Below are positions 12,475-21,708 of a stretch of DNA of 58,023 nucleotides, piece after piece. Location: assembly GCA_900544605.1 (NCBI GenBank), contig UQVP01000004.1, forward strand, positions 1 to 58,023. The letters run 5' to 3'. The position numbers and the translations under genes are program-made. The number at the start of each line of letters is the position of its first letter. Position 1 is the first letter of the stretch. The DNA comes from an uncultured Mycoplasmatota bacterium (GTDB lineage Bacteria > Bacillota_I > Bacilli_A > RF39 > UBA660). The notes below the pieces were generated by a model that was given only the letters and a program-made list of their open reading frames with translations, searched no databases and had not been told where the DNA came from.

Positions 12475-13008
12475 CTATGCTTTAGAAATTTGTGAAATTT
12501 CTAGTTCAACAACAGTTTCTTGACCAAATAAATCAAGAGTAACTTCTAATGAACCTGTAGCAGGGTCAATTGACTTAACCTTACCAAGCATACCATTAAA
12601 TGGTCCATCAACAACTTTAACATTGTCATCAACATTAAGTTCACTACCAATTTCTAATCTGCTCATACCCATTGAGCCTAATATCTTATCAACTTCGGCT
12701 GGAGTTAGTGGAAATGGCTTTGCTCCCTTACCACTTGATCCAATAAATCCCGTAACGCCTGGAGTATTACGAACAATAAACCATGCTTCATCAGTCATAA
12801 TCATTTCAACTAATATATAACCTGGAAACATCTTTTTAACTTTTTCTTTTTTTGCTCCATCTTTATATTCAACTTCTGTTTGTTCAGGAACAACTACACG
12901 GAAGATGTAATCTTCCATACCCATAGTACTAGCACGCATCTCTAATTTTTCTTTTACCTTATTCTCGTGTCCAGAATAGGTGTTAACAACATACCATTCT
13001 TTTTCCAT
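12475..13008 (-). CDS. nusG: transcription termination/antitermination factor NusG
   Basis: 177 aa. WYVVNTYSGHENKVKEKLE NGN domain and a C-terminal KOW domain (VKVVDGPFNGMLGKV). Confidence 0.97.
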   Translation of the reverse strand: MEKEWYVVNTYSGHENKVKEKLEMRASTMGMEDYIFRVVVPEQTEVEYKDGAKKEKVKKMFPGYILVEMIMTDEAWFIVRNTPGVTGFIGSSGKGAKPFPLTPAEVDKILGSMGMSRLEIGSELNVDDNVKVVDGPFNGMLGKVKSIDPATGSLEVTLDLFGQETVVELEISQISKA

Positions 13009-13190
13009 TAGGCACCTATTAACATCTTTATACCAGCACTAGCTAAATCTATTATGGTATAAAATAATCCAAACATAATCATAATTGAGATTGTTGCAAT
13101 ACTATATTTAAGCATTTCTTTCTTATTAGGCCATCTTACTTTTTTAAGTTCACCCTTAACACCCGCAAAAAACTTTGCTATTTTTTTCAT
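13008..13190 (-). CDS. secE: preprotein translocase subunit SecE
   Basis: 60 aa. GELKKVRWPNKKEMLKYS plus a single TM helix. 1-nt TAATG overlap with nusG. Confidence 0.93.
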   Translation of the reverse strand: MKKIAKFFAGVKGELKKVRWPNKKEMLKYSIATISIMIMFGLFYTIIDLASAGIKMLIGA

Positions 13191-13256
13191 ATGAATACCT
13201 CTCTTTCATATTATGCATTTTTATTCAAAATAAAAACACATCTCGTGTCTAATTAA

Positions 13257-13285
13257 ATATTATCACGCAAATGTGTCTTTGTCAA
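13257..13285 (-). promoter_or_regulatory. sigma-A promoter of secE-nusG
   Basis: Minus strand TTGACA (13285-13280), 17 nt, TAATAT (13262-13257). Confidence 0.55.
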
Positions 13286-13307
13286 TATTTTTGTAAAGAA
13301 AAAAGCC

Positions 13308-13766
13308 TTAACGGCTTCTTCTTGTTTCTTTTTCTTCTTCTTTTTCAAGTGGTTCTTTCATATAAATCAATTTAGTTTTAATTTCATTATTCAAAAGTTC
13401 TATTTTTTTAAGAAGAAGATTTATATATTTTTCATCTAAATAACGTTGATATTTATTAATTATAGTACGACGATATCTTTCCAAATCATCTAAAACATAT
13501 CTTAAGTTAGATGGATCAGTATCTTCATCATCAATGACACTAACAATAAACTGTAAATATAAATCAAGTTTTCTTTTTATTTTTTTCTTTAATACTTTTT
13601 CAATAAAACTTGGATTTATAACAACCATTTTATTTACTTCCATATCCATATATTCGCTAGTATGCTTTGGAGTAAATTCAAAACCATCTATTTTCTTAGA
13701 TTCAAAATTTAATAAATTTTTGGTATCTTCACTTTTATGTAGTTTATAATTTCTACCTTGTACCAT
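13308..13766 (-). CDS. hypothetical coiled-coil protein coupled to trmD
   Basis: 152 aa, charged and helical, with no motif I recognise. The ATG lies 4 nt after the trmD stop. The stop is embedded in a small hairpin AAGCC-GTTAA-GGCTT plus a T tract. Confidence 0.6.
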   Translation of the reverse strand: MVQGRNYKLHKSEDTKNLLNFESKKIDGFEFTPKHTSEYMDMEVNKMVVINPSFIEKVLKKKIKRKLDLYLQFIVSVIDDEDTDPSNLRYVLDDLERYRRTIINKYQRYLDEKYINLLLKKIELLNNEIKTKLIYMKEPLEKEEEKETRRSR

Positions 13767-13770
13767 AATA

Positions 13771-14439
13771 TCAACTCTTTTCTAATAATTCAGGTCTTCT
13801 CTCTTTGGTTCTTTTTATTTGTTCTTCATAACGCCATTTTCTTATATTTTCATGATGCCCAGATAATAATACTTCTGGAACTTTCATTCCTTCATAATCA
13901 GCAGGATGAGTATAAACTGGATAATCAAGCAAGCCATTTTCAAAAGAATCATTTTGGTGTGATCCTTCTTTTATAACACCATCTAATAATCTAATTATAC
14001 TATCACTTATAACCATACTAGGTAATTCTCCACCGGTAAGGACAAAATCCCCTATGCTTATCTCTTCATCAGCAAGAGTTCTAATTCTTTCATCAAAGCC
14101 TTCATAATGTCCACAAACCATAATTATATGTTTATAATTTAATAACTCGTGTGCCTTACTTTGATGATATGGAGTTCCTTGTGGTGTTAATAGTATAACA
14201 TGTGAATCATCCCTCCTTAAGCTTCTTACAGCATCAAATATAGGTTGAGGCATAAGTACCATTCCATCTCCGCCACCAAACCCATAATCATCTACTTTTT
14301 TGTGTGGGTCTTTTGAATAATCTCTAATATCATAGATGTTTATTTCTACTTTGTTATTTTCTATTGCTCTTTTAATAATTGATTCAGTTAGAAATCCTGT
14401 AAACATATTTGGAAATAGTGTTAAAATATCAATCTTCAT
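13771..14439 (-). CDS. trmD: tRNA (guanine37-N1)-methyltransferase
   Basis: 222 aa. MKIDILTLFPNMF, GGGDGMVL, GHYEGFDERI, VLTGGELPSMV. Confidence 0.97.
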   Translation of the reverse strand: MKIDILTLFPNMFTGFLTESIIKRAIENNKVEINIYDIRDYSKDPHKKVDDYGFGGGDGMVLMPQPIFDAVRSLRRDDSHVILLTPQGTPYHQSKAHELLNYKHIIMVCGHYEGFDERIRTLADEEISIGDFVLTGGELPSMVISDSIIRLLDGVIKEGSHQNDSFENGLLDYPVYTHPADYEGMKVPEVLLSGHHENIRKWRYEEQIKRTKERRPELLEKS

Positions 14440-14923
14440 TTATTAATCCCTCTATTTCATTAATATATATTTTTTTATTATTAATATCAATTTTATTTAT
14501 AAATTCATCTACAAAAGGAACTAAATTATTAACTCCATTTTTATCTATAACCAATATTTCATGTGCACCATTATTAATTATATTTGTAAGTTTTCCAATA
14601 TATTTATCATTACTATAAACATCTAGTCCAATAAGATCTTCATTAATATAACCATCTATATTTAAATCATCTCTATTTATATAAACACTTTCACCTTTAT
14701 ATGGTAATGCATCATTTATATCATTAACACCTGAAAATAGCACCATATCATAATTTTTATGTTTACGATAAGAAACTATAGTAAGTGGTTCTCTATTTTT
14801 TCCAACATAAAGTATAAAATTAGGTTTAAAAATAGCATCTTTATACTTAAAATCAGATATTATTCTTAATTCTCCTTTAATACCATGAGTATTTACTATA
14901 TCACCAATATATAATTCTTTCAT
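14429..14923 (-). CDS. rimM: 16S rRNA processing protein RimM
   Basis: 164 aa. GDIVNTHGIKGELRI PRC-barrel signature. 11-nt overlap with trmD. Confidence 0.93.
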   Translation of the reverse strand: MKELYIGDIVNTHGIKGELRIISDFKYKDAIFKPNFILYVGKNREPLTIVSYRKHKNYDMVLFSGVNDINDALPYKGESVYINRDDLNIDGYINEDLIGLDVYSNDKYIGKLTNIINNGAHEILVIDKNGVNNLVPFVDEFINKIDINNKKIYINEIEGLINED

Positions 14924-14930
14924 ACTCCAC

Positions 14931-15656
14931 CTACTTATCTAATTCATATAAAATAATACTTGTTGCAACTGCGACATTTAAACTTTCACAATTACTATTC
15001 ATATCTATATATAAATATTCATCTGCCAAATTCATTAAATTATCACTAACCCCAGCGCCTTCATTACCCATTATTATAGCAAATTTTTCCATCTTTTCAA
15101 TAGTTTTTAAACTTTTACCACCATTTACCTTTGTCGCATATATTTGATATCCTTCTTTTTTTAATTCTGGTACAAAAACATTTAAATCTCTTCTAATAAT
15201 ATTTATATTAAAAAGCATTCCTTGACTAGCCCTAATAACTTTGGAATTATAAAGATCTACAGTATTATTACTTACAACAATAGTATCAATATTAAATGCA
15301 ACCGCACTTCTAATAATGGTTCCAAAGTTACCAGGATCTTGAATATCATCTAAAACTAATACCTTATTTCCTATTTCTTTTTCTTCTACTTTTTTACACA
15401 ATCCTATTATATTACTAGGATTATCTAGTTCACTTATAAACTTAATTACATTACGAGATAAATATGATGTTTTTACATCTAAATCTAGTTTAGTATTTTC
15501 TTCTAGAAACAATTCTTCTAATAGACCTTTTTTATAAGCTTCTAAAACAAGATGTTCCCCTTCTACTAAAAAAGAATTACTTTGATCACGATATTTCTTA
15601 ATATTTAATTTTTTTAATTCTTTAATTTTTTTATTATCTGTTGATGTATAAATCAT
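14931..15656 (-). CDS. TrmH/SpoU-family RNA 2'-O-methyltransferase
   Basis: SpoU motifs VLDDIQDPGNFGTIIRSA, IIMGNEGAGVS, LNVAVATSIILYE. Start set at ATG 15656, behind AAGGAGGGA. Confidence 0.88.
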   Translation of the reverse strand: MIYTSTDNKKIKELKKLNIKKYRDQSNSFLVEGEHLVLEAYKKGLLEELFLEENTKLDLDVKTSYLSRNVIKFISELDNPSNIIGLCKKVEEKEIGNKVLVLDDIQDPGNFGTIIRSAVAFNIDTIVVSNNTVDLYNSKVIRASQGMLFNINIIRRDLNVFVPELKKEGYQIYATKVNGGKSLKTIEKMEKFAIIMGNEGAGVSDNLMNLADEYLYIDMNSNCESLNVAVATSIILYELDK

Positions 15657-15682
15657 ATTATCCCTCCTTTTTAATTTTACCA

Positions 15683-15707
15683 CAAAAAAAGGTATTTAAG
15701 ATACCTT
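15683..15707 (-). terminator. terminator after the pilin-like gene
   Basis: Hairpin AGGTAT-N5-ATACCT (15690-15706) followed on the minus strand by T7. Confidence 0.65.
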
Positions 15708-15708
15708 T

Positions 15709-16908
15709 TTATTGTAATTGTGATTTTGAAATAGTTATTACCGGGCGAACGCCAAAGTTGCCCAAATAGCTGACGTAGTTGTTGTTGCCAACGGTGTAGT
15801 AATGCACGTACCAAGCGCTGCTAGAAGTAGCAGCATGAGAAGATGCTGTCCAATAGCCATATGTTTCTTGATCTGAATTATTTAAACATCCCCAGTATGT
15901 ACAACTTGTGCTTGTTCTATCATATAACCATCCGTATGAACATCCTGTCGTATTTCCAGTTTTACATGTATCACTTTCTGTATCTGTTTTACTATCAAAA
16001 TAATACCAATTACTATTTGCAGCTACCTTTTCATCCCATGATGTATTTCCTGCTATTTGAGCTAATTCCTGCGCTGTTATTAATCTTGCTTTATATCCAC
16101 TATAATCTATTGTATATTTTGCATTACTTGTTTGTCCTGTTTGATTCATTGTATAATTTGATGGTGTTATTGTTCCTTGCCATGATGATGTATCATTTTT
16201 TAATTGCTTTAATACTGTTAATGGACCTTTATCATTTTTACCAAAGTTTCCAAAATCACTTTCTGTTCCTCCTGCTTCTACATAATCTGCTTTAGATATC
16301 CATGGTATTGTTGCAGTTGTATTATGGTCTAAAAATAAATTTACTGTATCCCCACCATCATCATTAAAAGCATAGAACTTCATGCAGCCACTCTTTGTTC
16401 CTATATTACTTTGAATTTCTGTATAATCTGATGACGAGCATTTATTTCCTGTTGTTACATTAAAATATACTGCTTCTCCGTTACTATATGTTTTAGCCGA
16501 TGCCACATATTTGTTGTTTAATAATTTTGGATTAGCATCTATTCCAAGACCGCTTGTTTCATCAACCTCGTATTTATATATACCACCTTCATAGCTGATA
16601 TTAATATAAAGGTCATTATTAAAAGGTTTGTTTGTTTTAGGATTTTCAAAATCCTCGCTTATTATTCCTTCATTTCTTAAAAATAGTAATGGCACAGAAA
16701 TAGCTGTTCCATTTTCATCAGGAACTTCATTAATATGTTTAGCAGCCCAAGCACGAGCACCATCTTCTATCGAAGCAATTTGTGCTTCATAAACAGATTG
16801 TTTATTTTCTTTTATAATTTTATCTACCGCAATAGTAGAAATAGCAGCAAGCACACCTAATACAACAATAACTCCCATCAATTCAATTAAAGTAAAACCT
16901 CGTTTCAT
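15709..16908 (-). CDS. prepilin-type N-terminal cleavage/methylation protein with a large C-terminal lectin-like domain
   Basis: From ATG 16908 (RBS AGGTGA): MKRGFTLIELMGVIVVLGVLAAI is a class III (type IV pilin) signal. The C-terminus reads ARLITAQEL...GYWTASS...AWYVHY...FGVRPVI, which resembles DUF1566/Fibrobacter-paralogous-type domains. Confidence 0.8.
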   Translation of the reverse strand: MKRGFTLIELMGVIVVLGVLAAISTIAVDKIIKENKQSVYEAQIASIEDGARAWAAKHINEVPDENGTAISVPLLFLRNEGIISEDFENPKTNKPFNNDLYINISYEGGIYKYEVDETSGLGIDANPKLLNNKYVASAKTYSNGEAVYFNVTTGNKCSSSDYTEIQSNIGTKSGCMKFYAFNDDGGDTVNLFLDHNTTATIPWISKADYVEAGGTESDFGNFGKNDKGPLTVLKQLKNDTSSWQGTITPSNYTMNQTGQTSNAKYTIDYSGYKARLITAQELAQIAGNTSWDEKVAANSNWYYFDSKTDTESDTCKTGNTTGCSYGWLYDRTSTSCTYWGCLNNSDQETYGYWTASSHAATSSSAWYVHYYTVGNNNYVSYLGNFGVRPVITISKSQLQ

Positions 16909-16937
16909 TCTATCACCTATAATTATTATATCTTTAA

Positions 16938-16971
16938 ATAAAAAAAAAAACAAGAAGATTACACTTCTTGT
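16938..16971 (-). terminator. strong terminator after RNase J
   Basis: Hairpin ACAAGAAG-N6-CTTCTTGT (16950-16971, covering the stop codon) followed by T11 on the minus strand. Confidence 0.75.
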
Positions 16972-18608
16972 ATAACAATTAAAATCATAGGTTTACATTC
17001 TGTTTCATCATAGAAGTATTTTCCTACCTTATCTCTAACTTCCATTTTAATTTTATTAAAATCAACATAATGTGGCTTAATATTATTTTCGATAATATCA
17101 CGAGATATATTTTGCGCTTCTTTTATTAAGTCAATATTTTCTTTAACATAAATAAAACCACGAGTTAAAATCTCTGGACCTGCCAAGATTTGTTTAGTCA
17201 TTTTATCTAATGTAGCAGTTACAATAACAATACCATTATCACTTAAAAGTTCACGATCTTTTAATACCAATTCACCAATATCTCCTGGTGTTTTACCATC
17301 TATTAAGATATCATCAACTTTTACTTTTTCGCCAGTTTCTACTAATTTACCATCTATAAAAGTTGCTACTTCACCATTTAAATTTAGGATAATATCTTCT
17401 TTTTTCATACCTATTTGTTCAGCAACTTCTTTATTTGCGACTTGGTGGCGATACTCACCAATTACTGGAAAGTAATATTTTGGTTTCATTAAATCTAACA
17501 TCAACATCAAATCTTCACTAGATGCATGAAGTGATAAAAATTTCTTGGTTGGAATAGTTACAATGTTAACTCCTAAAGACGCTAAATCATCTAATACTTT
17601 AGTTGAACTTTTTTCCATTCCATCATAAACCGGAGAAGCAAAAATAATAGTATCTTCTTCGCTTATTTTGATAAATTTATCATAACCTCTAATAATACGT
17701 TTGATATTAGAATATGGTTTTTCTCTTTCATCAGAAATAATTATAACTACATTTTTATCATTAATTTCTTTTAAACTTGCTATTCGTGACTTATCAAAAT
17801 TGATATATCCGTTATCAATAGCTTTTATGATTAAAGCTTCTAACCTTTTACCCATAATGATAACTTTACGATTAGTTTTCATAACTTCTGTAAATAATTC
17901 TTGAATACGGTACAATTGAGCTTGAAATGTATTAAATAAAATTCTTGAATTATTATTTTTAAATAAAGTTTCACGAATTATACTTGAAGTACGATGATTT
18001 GGAGATGTAAAACCTTTTTTATCAGCATACATTGATTCACTTAATAAACAAAGTACACCTTGTTTTCCGACATAAGCAAGTTTTCCAACATCAGTTTTAT
18101 AAGCACCTTGCATACTTGGATCAAAAACAAAGTTACCTGTATAAAAAATAGCACCATCTTTAGTGTATAAGACATACCCTACTGCATCTGGTACAGCATG
18201 AGTCAAGCTAATTGGAAAAATGCTATTTTCTCCAAAGTTAATTTTTTTATGAGCTTTTATCTCAAATAAATTATCCGTACTAATATTATCTTCTTTCAAT
18301 TGTTCTTTTAATATTTCTAAAGTAAATGTTGTACCATATATTTTTAAATCAGGAATATCAAGTAATATGTCTGATATCGCACCTAATTGTTGGTCATGTC
18401 CGTGAGTTATAAACAATCCTTTAATACGATCTTTATTTTCTTTTAAATAATCATAATTAGGAATAATATAATCAACACCTAACATGTTATCATCAGCATA
18501 TTTAAGTCCTGCATCAAAAACAAAAATATCATCATTAACTTCTACAATATACATGTTTTTACCTATTTCATTTAATCCACCTAAACTAAATATTTTTATT
18601 TTACTCAT
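16959..18608 (-). CDS. rnj: ribonuclease J family protein with degenerate metallo-beta-lactamase motifs (J2-like)
   Basis: 549 aa from ATG 18608 (RBS AAAGGAG). RNase J architecture throughout (IFSLGGLNEIGKNMYIVE..., beta-CASP, C-terminal domain). The HxHxDH motif reads HGHDQQ (DNA 18387-18404). Confidence 0.88.
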   Translation of the reverse strand: MSKIKIFSLGGLNEIGKNMYIVEVNDDIFVFDAGLKYADDNMLGVDYIIPNYDYLKENKDRIKGLFITHGHDQQLGAISDILLDIPDLKIYGTTFTLEILKEQLKEDNISTDNLFEIKAHKKINFGENSIFPISLTHAVPDAVGYVLYTKDGAIFYTGNFVFDPSMQGAYKTDVGKLAYVGKQGVLCLLSESMYADKKGFTSPNHRTSSIIRETLFKNNNSRILFNTFQAQLYRIQELFTEVMKTNRKVIIMGKRLEALIIKAIDNGYINFDKSRIASLKEINDKNVVIIISDEREKPYSNIKRIIRGYDKFIKISEEDTIIFASPVYDGMEKSSTKVLDDLASLGVNIVTIPTKKFLSLHASSEDLMLMLDLMKPKYYFPVIGEYRHQVANKEVAEQIGMKKEDIILNLNGEVATFIDGKLVETGEKVKVDDILIDGKTPGDIGELVLKDRELLSDNGIVIVTATLDKMTKQILAGPEILTRGFIYVKENIDLIKEAQNISRDIIENNIKPHYVDFNKIKMEVRDKVGKYFYDETECKPMILIVIQEV

Positions 18609-18779
18609 AATTTCTCCTTTCATTTCGTTTTAAGACTTAAACATTATATCAAAAAAAAGATGAATTGTCACCTTTTTATAAATTTGTTATTTTAAATTAA
18701 ATGTATACTTTTTATTTTATGAGAAATATCTCACATACATACATTTTAACATATCTATTACGATTTGTAAATTACAGTA

Positions 18780-19976
18780 CTAGTATATAAGTTCATTTTT
18801 TATATTAGGGTTGCTAAGGGCTTCTACTAATTTGTCTATCTCTTCTTTTGTATTGTAAAAATAGAAACTTGCACGACATGTATTTTTAATTTTTAAATCA
18901 TTCTTTAAAATTTTAGCACAATGATTACCAGCTCTAACACAAATATTATATTTATTTAAATAAATGGCTAAGTCTTGAGCAAAAACATTTTTCAAATTAA
19001 ATGTTACAATACCACTTTTAGTATTTTCATTATAAATAATAATATCTTTTATATTTTTTAATTTAGATATCGCATAATCTTTTAATTCTTGTTCATATTT
19101 TTCAATATTTTCTATTCCTATGTTATCTAAATAATCAATAACATTACCAAAAGCAATAACATCAGCTATATTTGGAGTACCAGCTTCTAAAATACCTGGA
19201 ATTTCTTTATAAACACGAACGCCATCTTCATCAAATGAAGCATTCATACCACCTCCAAATATTATTGGATGAGTATTGTTTAAATATTCCTCTTTACCAT
19301 ACATGATGCCAAGACCTGTAGGACCACACATTTTATGAGCAGAAAAAGCTAAAAAATCACAATCTAAATCTTGAACATCAACTTTTAAATGAGGTACACT
19401 TTGAGCTCCATCAACTACAACTAATATTCCTTTAGAATGAGCATATTTAATTATTTCTTTTATATCTCTAACATCTCCCACAACGTTAGTAATTTGGGCA
19501 ATAGAAATTACTTTTGTTTTTTCAGTAATAGCTTTTTTTACATTTTCCAAAGTTACTGTATAATTATTGTCTAAATCTACATATTTAATAACTAAATTTT
19601 TTTCTTCTTTAAGTTCATACCAAGGGAGTAAATTTGATGCATGTTCAGCATGATTTAAAAGTACTTCATCACCTTCATGTAAATAATTTCTAAAATAGCC
19701 AAAAATTATTTTATTTAAAGAATCAGTAGCTCCACTTGTGAATATTATTTCACGAGCATATTTAGCATTAATAAATTTTCTAATTTTTTCTCTAGTTCCC
19801 TCATACATTTTATCTACTTTTAAACTAATGTCATAGTCACCTCTGTGAGCATTAGCACTATAATTCATATAATAATCATTTAGACCATCACATAATACTT
19901 TTGGCTTTAGTGTTGTTGCGCCATTGTCAAAATAAATTATATTTTTTTTAAGAATTGGAAAATCTTCCCTATTCAT
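18780..19976 (-). CDS. sufS: cysteine desulfurase SufS
   Basis: Class V aminotransferase. FSAHKMCGPTGLG (PLP Lys) and the RAGNHCA catalytic Cys loop. Start at ATG 19976, behind GGAGGTGA. Confidence 0.93.
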   Translation of the reverse strand: MNREDFPILKKNIIYFDNGATTLKPKVLCDGLNDYYMNYSANAHRGDYDISLKVDKMYEGTREKIRKFINAKYAREIIFTSGATDSLNKIIFGYFRNYLHEGDEVLLNHAEHASNLLPWYELKEEKNLVIKYVDLDNNYTVTLENVKKAITEKTKVISIAQITNVVGDVRDIKEIIKYAHSKGILVVVDGAQSVPHLKVDVQDLDCDFLAFSAHKMCGPTGLGIMYGKEEYLNNTHPIIFGGGMNASFDEDGVRVYKEIPGILEAGTPNIADVIAFGNVIDYLDNIGIENIEKYEQELKDYAISKLKNIKDIIIYNENTKSGIVTFNLKNVFAQDLAIYLNKYNICVRAGNHCAKILKNDLKIKNTCRASFYFYNTKEEIDKLVEALSNPNIKNELIY

Positions 19977-19980
19977 AATT

Positions 19981-20775
19981 TCACCTCCAATACTTATCAA
20001 TTATCTTATTATATGTTTCTTTTTGATCTTCACTTAATTCACTTGTCAAAAATCCTCTAATTAATAACTTTGTTGCATCTATTTTGCTTATTCCTCTACT
20101 TTGTAAGTAAAATAATTCATCATCTTTAAAGGTTCCTATAAAAGCACTATGGTTAGCGATAACATCAAAGCAATCAATATACATATTAGGACTAATAACA
20201 CATTTATTGTTTGTTAAGTTAATTATTCTATTACTTTGGTTAACATAACACTTATCCATCTTTTCTGGAACAATACTAGAAACATTAAATGATAAACTAC
20301 CGTTATCTATATTAACGCCATGATTTATAATATCACTTTTAGTTAATCTACTATTATGATTTACAATCACATCATATTTTTGATTACCTTCACTAATTGT
20401 TTTTAAAACCCTTCTTACGCTAGCATTTATACCATCTAAAGAAAATATACTTTGTTCTTTTATTGAATTAACATTATTAATTTTTTTTATTATTAGTTTA
20501 CTATCTTGATTTAGTTTATATTTACTTCTAATTTTAGCTTTTTTACCATTCATAACTTCATATATATTAGAAAAAACGCCATTTAAAAGTTGAATGTTAA
20601 TTTCCATAGTTAATTCTTCTTTTATATCAATATCCAATTCTATATCAGTGTTTTCTTTAATTGTTAAATCTAAAGTATTAATACCATACTTATCATTAAT
20701 TTTAAAATTGTATTCAATCTTTTCATCAACACTTACTAATTTCAGTTCATTATTAACTATATTTATTTTATTCAT
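19981..20775 (-). CDS. sufD: Fe-S cluster assembly protein, SufB/SufD family (short)
   Basis: C-terminal SufBD signature HSAFIGTFKDDELFYLQSRGISKIDATKLLIRGF. ATG 20775 overlaps the sufC stop (ATGAATAA). Confidence 0.8.
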   Translation of the reverse strand: MNKINIVNNELKLVSVDEKIEYNFKINDKYGINTLDLTIKENTDIELDIDIKEELTMEINIQLLNGVFSNIYEVMNGKKAKIRSKYKLNQDSKLIIKKINNVNSIKEQSIFSLDGINASVRRVLKTISEGNQKYDVIVNHNSRLTKSDIINHGVNIDNGSLSFNVSSIVPEKMDKCYVNQSNRIINLTNNKCVISPNMYIDCFDVIANHSAFIGTFKDDELFYLQSRGISKIDATKLLIRGFLTSELSEDQKETYNKIIDKYWR

Positions 20776-21553
20776 GAGTAGCAATTTCCTTAATTATACA
20801 AGTACTAGATATTGATTCTTTTTCTATTTTTTCATAACCATTTTCTTCAATATATTTAACAAGTTCATTGCCACCACTTTTAATAATTGAACCTTCTTTC
20901 ATAATATGAACATGTGTGGGTTTGATATAATCAAGTAATCTTTGATAATGGGTAATTACTAAAATTCCTGGTTTTGACTCATTATAATAATCCATTACAT
21001 TTTCTCCTACTATTTTTAAACTATCAACATCAAGTCCAGAGTCTATTTCGTCAAGTAAAACCATAGAAGGTTTTAACAAATACATTTGAAGAATTTCATT
21101 TTTCTTTCTTTCACCGCCTGAAAAGCCTTGATTAACACCACGATGAATCATATCTTTATTCATTTTTAATTTATCAACATATTTATCCATATCTTTGATA
21201 AAATCAAATAGTTTAAAACTATTTCCTTCTTTGGCATGTAAAGCGCTTCTCATAAAATCAGCATTACTAACACCTTCTATTTCCAAAGGCATTTGCAAAC
21301 CTAGAAAAATACCTAAACGAGCTCTTTCATCAGTTGTTAAATCATTTGATTTTTTATCATCAAAAAGAATTTCTCCTTCAGTTACCTTATAGTTTTTATC
21401 ACCCATTATTACTTTAGTAAGTGTTGATTTACCAGTTCCATTAGGTCCCATAATAGCATGTATTTCTCCACTCTTTATTTCTAAATTTAAATTTTTTAAT
21501 ATTTGCTTATGATTAACTTCCACACTTAAATTTTTAATAGTCAATGTATGCAT
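20768..21553 (-). CDS. sufC: Fe-S cluster assembly ATPase SufC
   Basis: Walker A GPNGTGKST, signature FSGGERKK, Walker B LLDEIDSGLD. Confidence 0.95.
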   Translation of the reverse strand: MHTLTIKNLSVEVNHKQILKNLNLEIKSGEIHAIMGPNGTGKSTLTKVIMGDKNYKVTEGEILFDDKKSNDLTTDERARLGIFLGLQMPLEIEGVSNADFMRSALHAKEGNSFKLFDFIKDMDKYVDKLKMNKDMIHRGVNQGFSGGERKKNEILQMYLLKPSMVLLDEIDSGLDVDSLKIVGENVMDYYNESKPGILVITHYQRLLDYIKPTHVHIMKEGSIIKSGGNELVKYIEENGYEKIEKESISSTCIIKEIATHE

Positions 21554-21708
21554 AAAATCATCTCCATCATTTATTATACATTAATTTTTTACGATTTTGT
21601 ATATTTTTATTTATTTTATCTAATAATATAATGAATATTCGCAGTATTCACAAAAAAGAGTTTATCTCTTTTTCTTTTTTTGTTATAATCAGAATAGGAG
21701 ATGATAAA

